From the human T2T-CHM13v2.0 reference genome, Homo sapiens: 64,000 nt of DNA. The notes beneath the pieces are model-generated. The model saw nothing but the letters and a program-made list of their open reading frames with translations, was not told the DNA's origin and made no database searches. Positions 17,339 to 33,397 of the stretch are shown one piece after another (the stretch's first letter is position 1; each line of letters begins with the position of its first letter). The stretch lies in NCBI RefSeq assembly GCF_009914755.1, contig NC_060933.1; one strand, 5' to 3'. The position numbers were made by a program, and so were the translations under genes.

Positions 17339-18493
17339 TTTTTAATTTTCTAAAAATAAATGAGCCCTATTTTGCTTTAGTGCTTAAAATTTTCTACTTG
17401 TTATAAAAATGTAGATAAAGCTGTTTTTTATTATTTAATTATTTATGATTGCTCCATTGTCTCCAAGCTTTCATAGTTTCTGAAGAAAATTGCCCGTATT
17501 TGTGTGTTTGTGTGTGTATTTCTTTTGATGTGGATTATTTTTTCATCTCTGATGCCTTTTAAGATTTTTCTCTTTCTCACTGATTTTCAGAAATTAGACA
17601 ATAGTTTACCTTGCCATTTTGTCTTTATTTGTGATTCTAATAACATTTTGGCAATCGTTTCTTCGAATTTTTGGTTTTGTTCTTCCCTACCACATACTCA
17701 CACACATACATCCACTCAGTGTTCTTCTGGGACTCCATCTCTTCTTGTATTATGCTGCTTGATATTGTCAAACACAGTGTGGTTGTTTTTTCAAATGTGT
17801 CTATGTTTTCTGTTTTGGATAGTTTATATTGTTATGTTATCAAAATCACTGGTATTTTTTCTACAATGGTTAAAGTGCTATTAAATTTATTCATACATTT
17901 TTAATCTAATATACTTATTTTTTCTGTTTTAGGAGTCTGCTTGTTTTTATTTCTTCCATTTTTATCTTCTCGTAATATACATATTTTCCCATCTTATTTG
18001 AAAAAATAAAGCATATTTTTAACACCTGAATTAACATGTTTCAACGCTAATTATTATGTTCACCAAAACCAGATATTGTGAATTCTATATTGTTATGTGA
18101 TGGATTTTGTTGAATTCCTTTTGTATATTTGTATTTTGTTCTCAAACACAGTTAAATTATTTGGAATCAGTTTGATGCTTTTAGAGATTGCTATAAAATT
18201 TTCTTAGAGAAGATGTAGAGTTGCTTTAGGTTTAGGAATGAGTGAGTTCCATCACAAAAGCAGGATTCTTCCAAAGATTCTACCTAATAGCTCATACATT
18301 ACCCTGTCTTCTACTTTGGTTTGTGGCAACAATAATATTTGCAGAGCTTTCTGAGCTTTGAGAATTGTTCTTCAAACCCTTTGTGTTGGCATTTTACCCC
18401 AGGCTTCAGTTATTTTCTCTCATGTATTCACAGTTTAGTATTCAATGAAGGACTCAATAATTTCCTAGGAAGGTCTGCAGACACACGGTCATC

Positions 18494-18735
18494 TGTATTC
18501 ATTAGCATGGGCTGCTATAACAAAATGCCATAGACTGAGCAGCTCATAAACCACAGAGATGTATTTCTCAGTCTAACCTCACATGGTGGAAGAGGGAGGG
18601 GTCTCTCTGGCACCTTTCATAAGGGCTCTACTCCCATGATCCAGTCACCTACAAAATTGCCCATTTTTTAATATTATCACCTTGGTGGTGAGAATTTTAA
18701 TATACAAATTTGGGGAGGTCAATTAGACCAGAGCA
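18494..18735 (-). mobile_element. MLT1A-like LTR, internally deleted
   Basis: gggctgctataacaaaatgccatagactg...ctcacatggtggaa...tcaccttgg...tttggggagg. Confidence 0.7.
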
Positions 18736-19082
18736 TAATTCTTGGCAGATAAAAGAAGCCATAAGAAAGCTGGTGTGATCAGACCAGAATGAGCCAGAGG
18801 GAAGTTTTAAGATACAATAAAATATTAGGCTAGACTATTAAAGTACTTTGTCATTAGAAATTATATCTTTCAGATGAAATCTACCCAATCCTTGCTTGTA
18901 CATCTTGCTAAAGTTTTAACTTTTCCATTGATTTCATTATATTTGTCATGTCTTTCCTATCAATTTAATTTTCAATTATCTTCACTTCTTATACATACTG
19001 CTATATATTATTTAATCATTCTGCCTTAAATTATTTTGTGTACGGTTATAATACTTCAGCCTAGTTTACTAGGAACTCATTA

Positions 19083-19415
19083 CAGTTGTTCCTCTGTATT
19101 TGTGGGGTACTGGTTCTAGGAACCCTCAGACACAAAAATCTACAGATGCTCAAGACCCTTCCATAAAATGATGTATAATAGTATTTTATACACCTACATC
19201 CACACTGTCACATACTTTAAATCATCTCTAGATTTCTTATGATACCAAGTACAATGTAAATGTTATGTAGTTAGTTATAGTGTGTTCTTTAGGGGATAAT
19301 GACAAGGCAGAATTCCATATGTGTTCACTTTTTCATAAATGTTTTTCCAAATATTTTTGATCCATGGGTGGTTGAATCCACACATGCAGAACCTATGGAT
19401 ATGGAGGGTCCACTG
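19083..19415 (+). mobile_element. MER2 (TcMar-Tigger MITE)
   Basis: TA-flanked cagttgttcctctgtat...atggagggtccactg termini, with internal tactttaaatcatctctagatt. Confidence 0.85.
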
Positions 19416-21022
19416 TACTTTTTTCTATCCTCCTAACTACATATTGGTTTCTATTTTTGTCTTTATTAAATCTTAAATTGTAGTCATACTACAAATTCGA
19501 TCTTTTCTATTGTTTCATTTTTTTCTATTTCTTGAACAGTATTCTGTTTCTGTTTCAATGCATTAGTATCCACTTATTTATGTTTACCAAAATATTACAC
19601 AGTCAAATAATTCAGGAAGACTTTGAAAATTTAAAGTCAACAGATTTGTATTAGCCTCAATTATATCATCTGTAATAAATCAGATTATCCTGTCATTAGG
19701 ATTAAATATTAAAATCTATTTAAGACATCTTAAAGAATATTTGAGATATTATGTATACTTAATATGGATATTTGTTTTCTTCCCTTCATTTTCTGATTTA
19801 TTTTAGCCTTTTCATTTGTATTGTTTTATGTACCTTACAGTTACATAAACTCCTTAGTATCTGGAAACTTGTCTTCTTATTTTAATGTGCCATTCATCTC
19901 CTTAGCACAATTTCTTACACATATATGTTCTACAAATGTTTATTAAATGAATTAGTGTCAACTACATGCATGCTTTATTCATTAAGCTGTCAAAGGATTG
20001 ATCTGCTTTACAGCTTTGTCAAACTATAGAACTTTAATTCTTTTGCCATATTTTAAAAATAATACATGTTTAGGTAATAATAAAATCAATATTCATACTC
20101 ATAAAATAACAGATTGTAAAAGCATTGTAGGCTAACCACATACATTTTGGAAAAGAAACTGAAATTAATTCTTAAATTCTTTCAAATTCTTCATCTTATT
20201 TACTCTTTTTGTTAAGTAAATGTTTATCTTGTATTTTAGTTTTAAGCTCTTAGAATCTTCAACAATATAGTTTTTTGTACATAAAATATTTAAATCAACT
20301 CAATCTATGTACATGTTATAAACTAAGTTCAAGTAAAATTACATAAAATGCAACAATGCATTTTATTTTTCTATTCATATTTTTCTAATAAATCTTGTAA
20401 GTTTAAGTAATTATTTTAGTTAATGCTATGAAATTCTACCTAGGCAGGTAAGGTGTCAATTTCCCAATTTGTATGCAAACTGAACAATTTTCTCTGGGCT
20501 CTTCATCATTTCATCTTTCCACTTAACTTTCTCTATTTTAACCCAATAATATTTATTGTATTTTCCCCATTTAAACTAATGAATAAAAATTTCCCTCAGT
20601 GTAAACTCTATGTTGATGTTTCAAATAGAATATTTTATTCCCTGTGTGTTTTGAGTAGTAGCACCTTTAATGTTTTATCTATTTATATTTGTACAAGGCA
20701 TATTACACATCTGAAATGAACACAGTACTAATTAGCATAAAGTCAATGTTAGCCTTAGACTTTACAGGTAAGTCTACAGAATACAGAAAGAAAAAATATA
20801 ATGTCATATGTACTTCTTAAACAGTTCTATCAGTGGAAAAACTGATGATGCATTCATGTTTTCCTCAATATTTAGTGAGGAGAGCAAAAATGAGTAATAA
20901 GGCAAGAGAAAATATCCGCTGCGTCACTGTAACAGGCACTAGATGATGAGGTCATAGAATGTATTCATCTTTATTTATTCAGCAATTAGCTCCATACCTA
21001 GCACATAAACACTCCCATCTCA

Positions 21023-21363
21023 GGTCTCAGTTCGCTTGTGCTTCTGTAACAAAATAGCTGAGACTGATAAGAACAGAAACTTGTTTCTCACAGTCCAGGA
21101 GGCTGAAAAGTTCAAAACCATGGTTCTGGCAGGTTTGGCACCAAGTGAGGTCCCAGTTTCTGCTTCTAAAATGGTAACTTGAATGCTGTGTCCGTACATT
21201 AGCTAGTTCCCTTCAGCCCTTTTGCAATGCACTAATCCCATCTATGAGTACAGAGTCCTCATGGCCTAATTACTCCTAAAGGCCTGACTTCCTAATACTA
21301 TTGCATTGAGGATTAAGTTTCAAAATGGCTTTTAGAGGGGAGACAAACATTTAAGCTAAAGTA
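21023..21363 (-). mobile_element. MSTD/MLT1A1-like MaLR LTR in an L2 tail
   Basis: tgtaacaaaata...tttctcacagtccaggaggctg...cactaatccca...cctcatggcctaat...ggattaagtttcaa. Confidence 0.75.
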
Positions 21364-22977
21364 TAATAATCCATAATTTTTGAATGAATGAACAAAAAGT
21401 CACTTGCATTTAAATGTGAAAAGGTAGATACTTTCGGTGTCAGTTATTTTCTGTACAATTGTGATTATTCCTCATAAAAATTCAGAGCAATCAGTTGGTT
21501 TTCAATTAAATTTACACATTAGTTATAAACGTTTTAAATGTTAACTCTGTTTCTACCGTTCATGATATTTAATATGTATATTAATTTTACAAGAATTACT
21601 TAAATAATTTTCTTCCAATTTTCTAATTCTCTTTCCCTTGTTGAAATGAGCAAACACACAAAATATCAAGTGACAGACAATGCATTGCTAATGTCTTACT
21701 TTGGTAAGATACTTTCATTAGTATTTCGAATAGAACTGAGATTTTTATTTTTATATATTTTTTAACCAAACCTGACTCATATTATAGATGATCTAAAGTA
21801 TTAATGTAATACAAAACCATTGTATTTCTTGGCACAAAGAAAAAACGTGGGTCATGTCAAACACCTGCAATGACAGTAAAATCATGTCACAAATAGATAA
21901 GCTAATTATGTTGAAAAATGATTATGCACACACTATGTAAAGCATTGTCCTTTTCCTTTGTTGGAGGGCATTTATTCATAGACATCATGTGTACTTTCTT
22001 CCCAAAGGGTAAGGTTGACCTAGAACCCTATGGACGACCCTTTAGAGTTAAGCTTGCCAACTACTTGTCAGAAATGATTAGTGAGAAATGTAGGAAAGAA
22101 AATTTCTCCTGTTGATAACAGGGGGCAAATAGAAAATGCCCTGAAGTTGTCATAAGGAATCACATTTTTTTCAATAAGAATATTTTTTATTTGATAATAT
22201 CTAATATCACAGATCAACCTTTATTTATACATATTCTAGACATGTGTTGAACTTGACAGGTTTTGGTAATAGAAAATTCTGTGGCAACTCACAAAAGAGT
22301 ATGTGTGCATTGTAATCATCTTTATTATAAATAATAACTGTGTCTTTTTTTGATAAAATGAAGATATAATAAATCATGATTTCCCCTCAATCATATCTTT
22401 TAGAAACTGAGTTTACGTGTCTTTGGATTTATAATAATCCCAAACTCACGTTTTATGTTAAAATACTCATTAAAATGCGATAATTTATTACAACTTTATT
22501 TTGGATTATATTCTGAATGTTTTACAACATGAAAGCTAAAGAATGCTATACATTTTTTGAAACAGATTTATATAAGCCTCACAGTCTGTATTATGAAATT
22601 ATTAATGTTAGAGTAACATTTTGATCTACTAGATTCATAAAATTAGTGAGAATTCTTCAGCTATTATTTTGAATCCTCTCTTTATATCTCTTAATAATAC
22701 AGATAACACAGATTTGAGCTACAGGAAAATGTAATGTGCATTGTGTTTGAACAAAGTGTGTTATAATTTTGGATGTACATCAACCTATACTGTATCCCTA
22801 TGTTGTGTAAGACTGAATATCCTAGATCATATTGGATTATTACAGTCAATAATATTTTACATTAAACATCAAAAAATAATATGGCATTCATTTACAACCC
22901 AGAAAAATGAGTAACTCCCAGGAGAAATTTAGTTTTCATTGCTCCTTATGCTAACAACTTTAAAGTTCAAATGCTAA

Positions 22978-23346
<369 letters not shown>

Positions 23347-23638
23347 TCTATTTTTGAAAGTTACCTTTTGTCATTTTTTTATCTGCAGTAGTGTGGATTA
23401 GAAACCTGGCTCAGTCCTACCACTAAAATAATTCTTAAAAGTTGGTTGAAACATTAAAAAAATCTTGCTTTAGTGTCACAATTATCAGGCAAGAAGACAA
23501 CAATTTTATGAAAATTAAGGTTTTACCTTGAGAGCATTCTCTGGTCCTGATAAGGATGAGGCCATGTTTCTTGGGACTGTAAAAAGCAGGGGACCAGAGA
23601 CAAAGTTCAAAGTCCAGCCAAATTGGAAGTGTAGTAAG

Positions 23639-24443
23639 AGAACACTCTTACACTATTGGTGGGAGTGTAAATTAGTTCAACCATTGTGGAAGACAGTATG
23701 GTGATTCCTCAAGGATCTAGAACTAGAAATACCATTTGAGCCAGCAATCTTATTACTGGGTATATACTCAAAGGATTATAAATTATTCTACTCTAAAGAC
23801 ACAGGCACACGTATGTTTATTGCAGCACTATTTACAATAGCAAAGACTTGGAACCAACCCAAATGTCCATCAATGATAGACTGGATAAAGAAAATGTGGC
23901 ACATATACACCATGGAATACTATGCAGCCATAAAAAAGGATGAGTTTGTGTCCTTTGCAGGGACATGGATGAAGCTGGAAGCCATCCCTCTCAGCAGACT
24001 AACACAGGAAAACCAAACACCATATGTTTTCATAAGTGGGAGTTGAACAATGAGAACACATGGTCACAGGGAGGGGATCATCAGGGAGGGGCTGCAGGGG
24101 GTGGGGGCCTAGGGGAAGGATAACATTAGGAGAAATATCTAATGTAGGTGACGAGTTGAAGGGTGAAGCAAACCACCATGGCACATGTATACCTATGTAA
24201 CAAAACTGCAGGTTCTGCACATGGACACAGGGAGAGGAACATTACACACCGGGACCTGTTGGGGGTGGAGGGCAAGGGGAGGGAGAGCATTAAGACAAAT
24301 ACCTGCATGTGGGGCTTAAAACCTAGATGACGGGTTGATAGGTGCAGCAAACAACCATGGCACATGTATACCTATGTAACAAACCTGTACGTTCTGCACA
24401 TGTATTCCAGGACGTAAAGTGAAATATAAAAAAAAAAAAAAAA
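23639..24443 (+). mobile_element. L1PA7-like 3' end fused to a second, L1PA8/10-like 3' UTR end
   Basis: ORF2 C-terminus ([19 protein letters not shown]) followed by two consecutive 3' UTR termini joined at cacatg (24218-24223), with a single poly(A). Confidence 0.85.
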
Positions 24444-24699
24444 AGAATGCCCTTTTCTGGGGTTCTCACTAATGTGACCTGTGTAACTTGAAAATCCTCA
24501 AGACAGAAATTTAAAGTGATCTCATTCTGTTTATAACCCTGGGCCCTTGGTACAAACAAATTTATATAATCCTTTTGGGAAACCTATTTCAATTCTATCC
24601 TAAAATTATTTGCATAAATATACTTCTATTAGTTAGGAATTGACAGTAAAACAAAACAAAACACACAGAGAAAGATGGTGCATGAAAAGAATATAGGAG

Positions 24700-25800
24700 G
24701 AAAACAGGGAGATAAAAGAATCACATGAAGAAAGACTCCAGATACTGGAATTATAAGAATGTATAACAAACAAGTTTGAATTAAGTAAGAATTAAAATGA
24801 ATGATTTAAAAGTTTAATTCAAACAACGGTAAACACACAACTGACACATTCATAATACGTTAGAGATAGCTAAAGTGAGAATAACCACATAACGTAAAAC
24901 ATAGTTAAATTCACTTTGACTATTAAGAGATGTATAAAAATGAACAATAAAGAGAAAGGATTCAGTGATATGAAAGACAGAATGAAAATGACTATCATAT
25001 ATTAAACTGGAGTCTAATATGTTCATTAGTGAGATTTACTGGCATCCCTAATGAAAGACATCAAATTCTCAGATTCAGGAGAAATAAGACATTACACTCA
25101 AGATACATAAGATGAATTCATTCCTCGGCACACCTAAGTTTTCATCATAACCTGTACCTTCAATCATCTTCATTCTTCCTGACCTGATCTATTTTTCTCA
25201 TCGTATTTACCACCTTCAAACATATGGTACACATCCTAGTTACTTTGGGTATCTTATATTACAATATAATCTCAAAACAGATTTTGTTGATTTTATTTAC
25301 AAGATGTAACCAAAGGGCCTAGATTATCTTTATAGCACAGTATATGTTCAAAATTTATTACCAAATAAATATAAAGTACATTTATGAAAGGTGAAGGAGA
25401 ATATAAAACAGAGGGAAGATCTTCAGAACTACCACAACAAAATGACACATAACTTAAATGTCAAAATACCAACACTGACTTCTTATCAACAGCAATAAAA
25501 AGTAAGAAAAAATTTGGAAAATATCCTCAATGAGTTTAGACACACTTCTATACATTAGAGGTTTATAAAACACAAAAACTCCTTTTATAAATGAGTCAAA
25601 ATAATGACATTTTAGACAAAGAATAACAGAAAATTTATCATCCAAAAGCACCTTCCAAAGAAACCTCAAAAGACAAATTTCAAACAAAGGAAAATGATCA
25701 CAGATAAAAGATTTGGGATAAAATAAATAATAATGAGAAAAATAGAATATATATGGGAGGTATAAAAAAGAAAATAAAATTTACTTCAATACAAAATTGA
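24700..25800 (+). mobile_element. Old L1ME ORF1-region fragments, with an L2 piece at about 25130-25370
   Basis: A-rich degenerate ORF1-like text (gaaagacatcaaattctcagattcagga, atgacattttagacaaag). Confidence 0.45.
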
Positions 25801-25812
25801 AATGTGTAAAGA

Positions 25813-26475
25813 TGTTTTGGTGGGGGTCTCCATTGCTCTTCAGCTTTGATTATTTATTTAAAAAACTCTCAGAACTCAGAGAAGCAATTATACTCATGTT
25901 TACAGTTTATTAAAACAAAAGGATGCAGAGTCGTATCAACAAAGGAAAAAGATTCTCAGGGCAAAGTCCAGGAGACTCCAGGCACAAACTTACAAGTGTC
26001 CATCACAGCAGAATCACATGCAGATACACTTCAGTCTCCCAGTAAAGCTGCATACAACCACATGTGAATTCTTGGCAATTAGAGCAGCTTATTTATTCTT
26101 TGATGTCCCAGGTTTTTATTGGTGGTTAATCACATAGGCATGCAATGCCCAAGTGGCAAAACTTGGCAAATTCAGCTTCCTTTCCATGATCCCTCTAGAA
26201 CAAAACCAGGCATTCAGCATAAATCATATCTTAGAATAAACGTATCTGGTTAAATTGATACCATATGGTTCAAATAAATACAGCATGGCTCAGGGCCTCA
26301 GGCATATAAAGTCAGTCATTCACCATAAACCCAAGGCCTCAGATATACAAAAACACTCTTCACGGTAAGACTATTTCCAGAACTCAGAGGCTAGCTAGTC
26401 CTAAAAACAAACCTTACCTCTGAATGTGCAGGGTTGAAAAAACCCTGGGCTGCTGAGTTAACACATTCTTGCCTA
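25813..26475 (-). mobile_element. MER34/MER21-group (ERV1) LTR
   Basis: agaactcagagaagcaattatactcatg...gggcaaagtccaggagactccaggcacaa...gaatgtgcagggttg...gctgctgagttaac. Confidence 0.7.
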
Positions 26476-27790
26476 ATCCATATTTATTGTCCCTGGTCTA
26501 ATCTCTCCTGTAGCAAAACAATCATATTTTTCTGAGCATCTACATTGAATATGGCATTTATATGACAGTAACAACAGTAATATTAACATGAATATGCCTA
26601 GCATTTTATGGACACAGTGTAGGGTAAAGATTGATTTTTAAAAATTACTAATGCATCCTACAAGCCCATTGCATACACTTTAATATTTTGTACAAACAAA
26701 ATTACTCATTCCTCCTCTCAATCTGCTTTTATTTTTACTTTTTGATAAATCTGTGCAGAACTATTTAGCATTGAAATTAGATAATGGTTAGCTGAATTCT
26801 GTTTTCTCAGGCCATTTATTATTCACCCAGATTACATTCTGAAGAGGCTTTAACTCAATATCTTAATACATTTGATTATCAATATAAGCATTATATAACT
26901 TCTCTACATAAGATAGTTGAATCTTACCAACAATGCTAGTGTAATGTCATATTGCAGTATGATCATGTTACAATTCAGTTTTATTACAGAAAAAGTTATT
27001 ACGAATGATAGAGCTATTTGTTACAGCTACTCAACATAATTGGTTCTTGTCTTTATACCGTATAGTATTATAAATAAGTGTTATTACTACTCACCATGAT
27101 TTGATTATTTCTGGGTTTCTAATGGGTTGTGGACTTAGCCAGTCACCCTGTCTTAGTTCACAGGCCCTAATTGACAATGGTCTCTACTATATGCTGTCTT
27201 ACACCAGGATACACTCCCTTCCTATAGACAAGACACAAGAATAAGAATAGTTTATATCTCTGCTACCTGTACTACAGGATGTCTTATCCTTATCTATTCT
27301 TGGGGCAATGGCAATAACAATGAATTAATATAAATTATGAGTGACCTCAGAGATAGTGTCCCTAAGATTATATAAATGTGTCCTTCTGCATCTAAGAAGA
27401 ACCATTACCCTATGGTTATTTAGGCCTCCATCTGTGTTAAAGTGATAAAGTGATGCTATTGAGTCATAATACAAACTCATTACCAGTGTTGGGTCCTAGC
27501 ATTATCCATCATTAATTGTTGAGTCTACCTTACCAAGTTCACTAAAACTTCATTACTTTTTCCAGGTTGAATCCCATCCCTTCCTCTCTCATAGGTGAGA
27601 ATTCCCTCTAATCTATTTATTTTAGTTAATAAATCTTCTTTCCTTAAAAGCCATTCATGATTAAAAATGAATTCAGCTTTTCTCACAATGCCTAGATCAG
27701 CATCTATCTCCCTGAAGGTTTTTTTCTGTTTGTAGGCCAATGCTTAACCCAAGAGGGTTGTTGTCATTGTATACTAGATTTAACTGGAAT
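26476..27790 (-). mobile_element. Probable ERV1 internal-region remnant next to the LTR
   Basis: Non-L1 sequence abutting the LTR. The minus strand near 27370-27440 gives a weak env-immunosuppressive-domain-like peptide (LNNHRVMVLL). Confidence 0.3.
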
Positions 27791-27879
27791 GAGGAACCAT
27801 GTTTTACACTCCAGACTGTTTGGTTCTCAGTATGAGGATAAAAATAAGAAAAAACAAAACAACAAACAAACAACAACAA

Positions 27880-28560
27880 AAAACAAGAGTTCTCTACAAT
27901 TTTCGAGAAACAGAAGAGGAAGAAATGCTTCTCAATTCATTTTATGAAGCAAGCATGACACTTAAACAGAAGAAGACAAAGATGATAAAAAAAAAGAAAA
28001 GGAAAACAAACAAACAAAACTTTAGACCAACATAACCTAGATGCAAATCTACAAATATACCCTAGATGCAAAATCCTCGACAACTTGAATACGACACTAT
28101 GTAAAAAAGTGACACATGACCAAGCCATGTTTATTCCAGAAATGCAAGACAGTTGCAATATTTTAAAAAATCTAATAATATAGTTCATCATATTAATATT
28201 CTAAAATAGGAGAATGCATGATCAGTTCAATAAACGCAGGGGAAAAAGACACTATTCAACAGTTACTTGTGATAAAAATTCAGCAAACCAGAAATAGCAG
28301 AAAATTCCTTCATCTTGATAAAGAGCATACAAAAAATCCATCATATTTAGCTGTGAAACACTGAATGTTTTCCACATGTATGCTCAGGAATAAAGCAAAG
28401 ATGTTTGCTTTTATCACTCTTTTTCAACATAATACTTAGAGTTCTATCCAGTGTGTAAGGAAAAAAAGGAAGAATAAAATAAATGCAGACTGGAAAGAAA
28501 TAAGTAAAACTGTTCCTATTTGTAAATAATATGATTACATATGGAGAAATTTATACAGCA
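27880..28560 (+). mobile_element. Old L1M ORF2 fragment
   Basis: Translates to ETEEEEMLLNSFYEASMTL...NFRP, a degenerate ORF2 segment (LPNSFYEAS...ENFRP). Confidence 0.75.
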
Positions 28561-29125
28561 TTTAGGAGAGAGAAGGAATGTAGAAAAGGGAGAGGAAGGG
28601 GGAGGCAAAAACAAAGGGGAAGGAGAAAGTAAAAGAACAGTGGAAGGAGAAGCAGTGTCTCCTAAAATTAAGAAGGATTTAGCAAGATTAGGACAAAAGG
28701 TAAAAACAGGTTTCCTGATATTCTTAATTGCATTTCAATAGCTTTCCAAACATAAATATTTCTCAGGTAGTTGAATGCTTTGGTCAATTTCGAGAATGAT
28801 GGAAGGCTGCTTTAATGAATTTCTAGTGGCCTTTTGTGCAGAGGATTTGCTGGTCTTTTCAAGTGACCATAGTCCACATTGATGGGTTGATTGAATATGG
28901 AAACCATCTTGAACTCCCAAGATAAACGCCAATTAGTAATGATATATTTTACAAACACACGTGCATGCACACACACACACACACAGACATGAGAGGATTT
29001 AATTGGATAATATTTTGCTGAAGTTTTTGAAATCTAAATTCATCATCAAAATACATATTTGCCTACAGGACATTTTCCTGTAATGTCTGTTTTATGGTTT
29101 TGGTATGGGGATAATGGTAGACTCA

Positions 29126-30393
<1,268 letters not shown>

Positions 30394-30694
30394 GAAAAGT
30401 GTTTCCTCTTTTTTATTTCTTAAACTTTTGTGTAATATATAAATTATATCTCCTTAAATATTAGTAAAATTTGTCAGTTCGTTTATCTAGGTGGGTGTTA
30501 ATAAATTTAAAACAGATATATAGGGATGTGCATTTTATTGCTTTCTTTTTGAGTTTGCCTTAGTTTGTATCTTTTGAGGGATTTATACACTTAATCTAAA
30601 TTAACTAATTTACATTTATAAATTTCATCATGGTATTCATTTAGTTATCCTTAAACTGTTGTAGGACAATGGAAATGTTACTTCTATCATTCTT

Positions 30695-30997
30695 TTTTTG
30701 TTGTTTATTTGTTTTGAGACAGAGTCCCGTTCTGTCGCCCGGGCTTGAGTGCAGTGGCCTCATCTCTACTCACTGCAAATTCCACCTCCCAGCTTCAAGC
30801 AATTCTTGTGCCTCAGCCTCCCGAGTAGCTGGGAATACAGGCATGCGCCATCACGCTCGGCTAATTTTTGTATTTTTAGTAGAGACAGGGCTTCACTATG
30901 TTGGCCAGGCTGGTCTGGAACTCCTGACCTCAAACGATCCGCCTGCCTCGGCCTCCCAAAGTGCTGGGATCACAGGCATGAGCCACCACCCCCAGCC
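30695..30997 (-). mobile_element. AluS (Sx/Sz-like)
   Basis: Full dimer with a 15-bp TSD acttctatcattctt (30680-30694 and 30998-31012), inserted in an old antisense L1M. Confidence 0.9.
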
Positions 30998-33360
30998 ACT
31001 TCTATCATTCTTAAAATTTGTAAATTATTTATTTCCTATTATTTTCTCCATAGTCTGGCCAGAGATTTAACAATTTTATTGATCCCTTCAAAGATCTAAA
31101 TTTAGTTTAATTTACTTAGCTATATAATTTTTCTCCGTTTAATGTTGTTTATTTCTTCATTAACCTTTATTATTTTCTTCTTTCTGATTGCTTCAGAATT
31201 AATTTGTTCTCATTTTTATAATAACAAGTTGGAAGCTTTCATCATAATTTCAAGGTAATTCTTCTTTTCTAATGCAAGCTCTTAATGGGATAGATTTTTC
31301 CCTAAACACAGAAATTTCCACATTTTGATATGTTATACTTTTTTAAATTTCTCTTACTTTTGGCTAGGTTCATGTTTAAATATACATATGTGCAAGAATA
31401 TTTTCCCTTGATTTATATGGATTTAGAGGTTAAAAAAAGGCAAAAAAAATATTTTGGAAATTTCTAGGAGACTTAGTTCACCATAATTGTTACATAATTG
31501 TGCATATGTTGCAAGTAATGTATTGAGAAAAGTATTTATATCTGTATACATGTTTGGTCCTTAATGATGAAATTAATGCACAGTTGTCTAACTGTAATAA
31601 TTTCCTTATAATCACACTAGTTTTCCTTTGGTGCCACAAGATGATGAATCTCACTTTAGTGTGACCAAGCAAAATGAGGTACAAAAACAGTCCAATCAAT
31701 GTGAAAATATCTCAAATTCACATGAATTTTAAAAATATTTTATATGTAAATTAAATTAGAAATTAAATATATATAATATATTTTATTTCAGAAATATTTG
31801 CTTGCCTTTTGGAACTCAAAAGTTCAAAACCTTCTATTGTCATCTTTAAATAACTAATTTTTAAGTTAATTTCTACTTGGTTCTATGAAAATACTACCAC
31901 ACAATGTGGAGATAAAGAAAACATTTACAGAAAAATTGTCCATATGGACACATTTTAAACAGATGATCTAATTAGCATAATAGCCACCAAACTGGTAAAT
32001 AAACAGTTTTGTTGATTTGCTGCTTAATCAGCATCTATTCAGAATTCTGTAATATTGTTTAGTAAAACAGTTTATTTCCATCCATAAATGTATTTTATAA
32101 ATTTATGCCCAGTAAACTTCCAGGTAAACCATCGAAATATTAACTGTTTTCTACAAGTGATGGTCTTTTTTTTTAAGCTGGTTTCTATAATGAATTGATG
32201 AGAGCGAATGAAGATTAAAATGCTTATTCTGTAATAAAAGCCAATGCCAGCATGCCGATATATAATCTCTATAGATCAAAAAATATTCATGCCTTATTCT
32301 CAGATTTTTAATAGTGGCTCTAAGCAGTCTTAAAAATTTATTATTTAGACACCTTATCCTATATTTTAAAAATATTTTCTTAGTATACTGTGGATGTTAT
32401 ACAAGTCATATAATGGATAGAGAATTTCTTACATAAATTTACAATAAAATTTTTTAAATAAAACTTTTGTGAAATTATTTTCAAATGTTATAAATGTTAA
32501 TGAGTTTTGTTATATTGGTTCCAATATTTCTCATATATGGAAAATGTCATTTTCCCTGGGAATTAATATTTGGAACTGGTGTTTAAGAAAAACCATGTTT
32601 GATGTTGGAAAATGCTATGTCCGGTATAACTATAGATGTTTGGAAAGCAGCTCAGTTATGCTAAAGATAAAGAAAGGAGAGAAAAATGACAGAAGGGGAG
32701 GTTTGAACAAAACAAAATAATACCTGAAAATGTTGAATGGATATGTAATATTTGTGAATGTTTATGTTCTCTATTTCACCATTATTTAAACATTTATATT
32801 TTCAAAGGGAGACAATAATTATATTTTGAAATCATTTTATTTTTTTATAGAGTGCTGTATTTTTTCTTTTCAATTTCAATTTGGTGAGCAAACAAAATCA
32901 GTCAGAATATTATACATAATTAGGTTTCCTTTTTGAGATTTGTTGAAACTCTTTATCCTTTATGTATGTATTTCAAGTAGTATAATAAAAAAGAAATATA
33001 AAATGATCAGATATACATAAAAGTATTGTAGATTATGTTTTTTCATATTTTCTTTCTTTTAATGTATTTTGCAGATATAGCCATTCCAGATTATGATTTC
33101 ACAAACTAAGATGATTCTCAGTAGGGAAGCGTTACTGCATGTCGTTTTCATCAAAGGGAGCTTAGTTTATTTGCCTGTCTGAATATTGACATTATATTAC
33201 TAATTTACACATTGGGGAAAGGGTCAAGAGAACTCCAAATTTTTGTTGACTTGATATTAACCTGAAAGGGGAATGTTAATAAATGACAAAATATATCCAC
33301 AGTAGTTAGATATCAAGTTGTGTTTATTTTTTTAATCTACTGCATATTATTGAATTATTT

Positions 33361-33397
33361 AGATAGATAGATAGATAGATAGATATAGATAGATAGA
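33361..33397. repeat. (GATA)n / (TCTA)n microsatellite
   Basis: agatagatagatagatagatagatatagatagataga. Confidence 0.95.

Larger units (their letters stand above)
14910..18480 (-). mobile_element. Old L1M(E) body (ORF2 to ORF1/5' region) hosting several younger insertions
   Basis: Degenerate antisense L1 text continues across the MLT1A, L1MA, Alu and MER96 insertions. Confidence 0.5.

Noticed and set aside
30669-31099. 133-aa and 116-aa ORFs (also 23002-23286, 52916-53272 and 63157-63561)
   Set aside because: These are standard translations of antisense Alu sequence.
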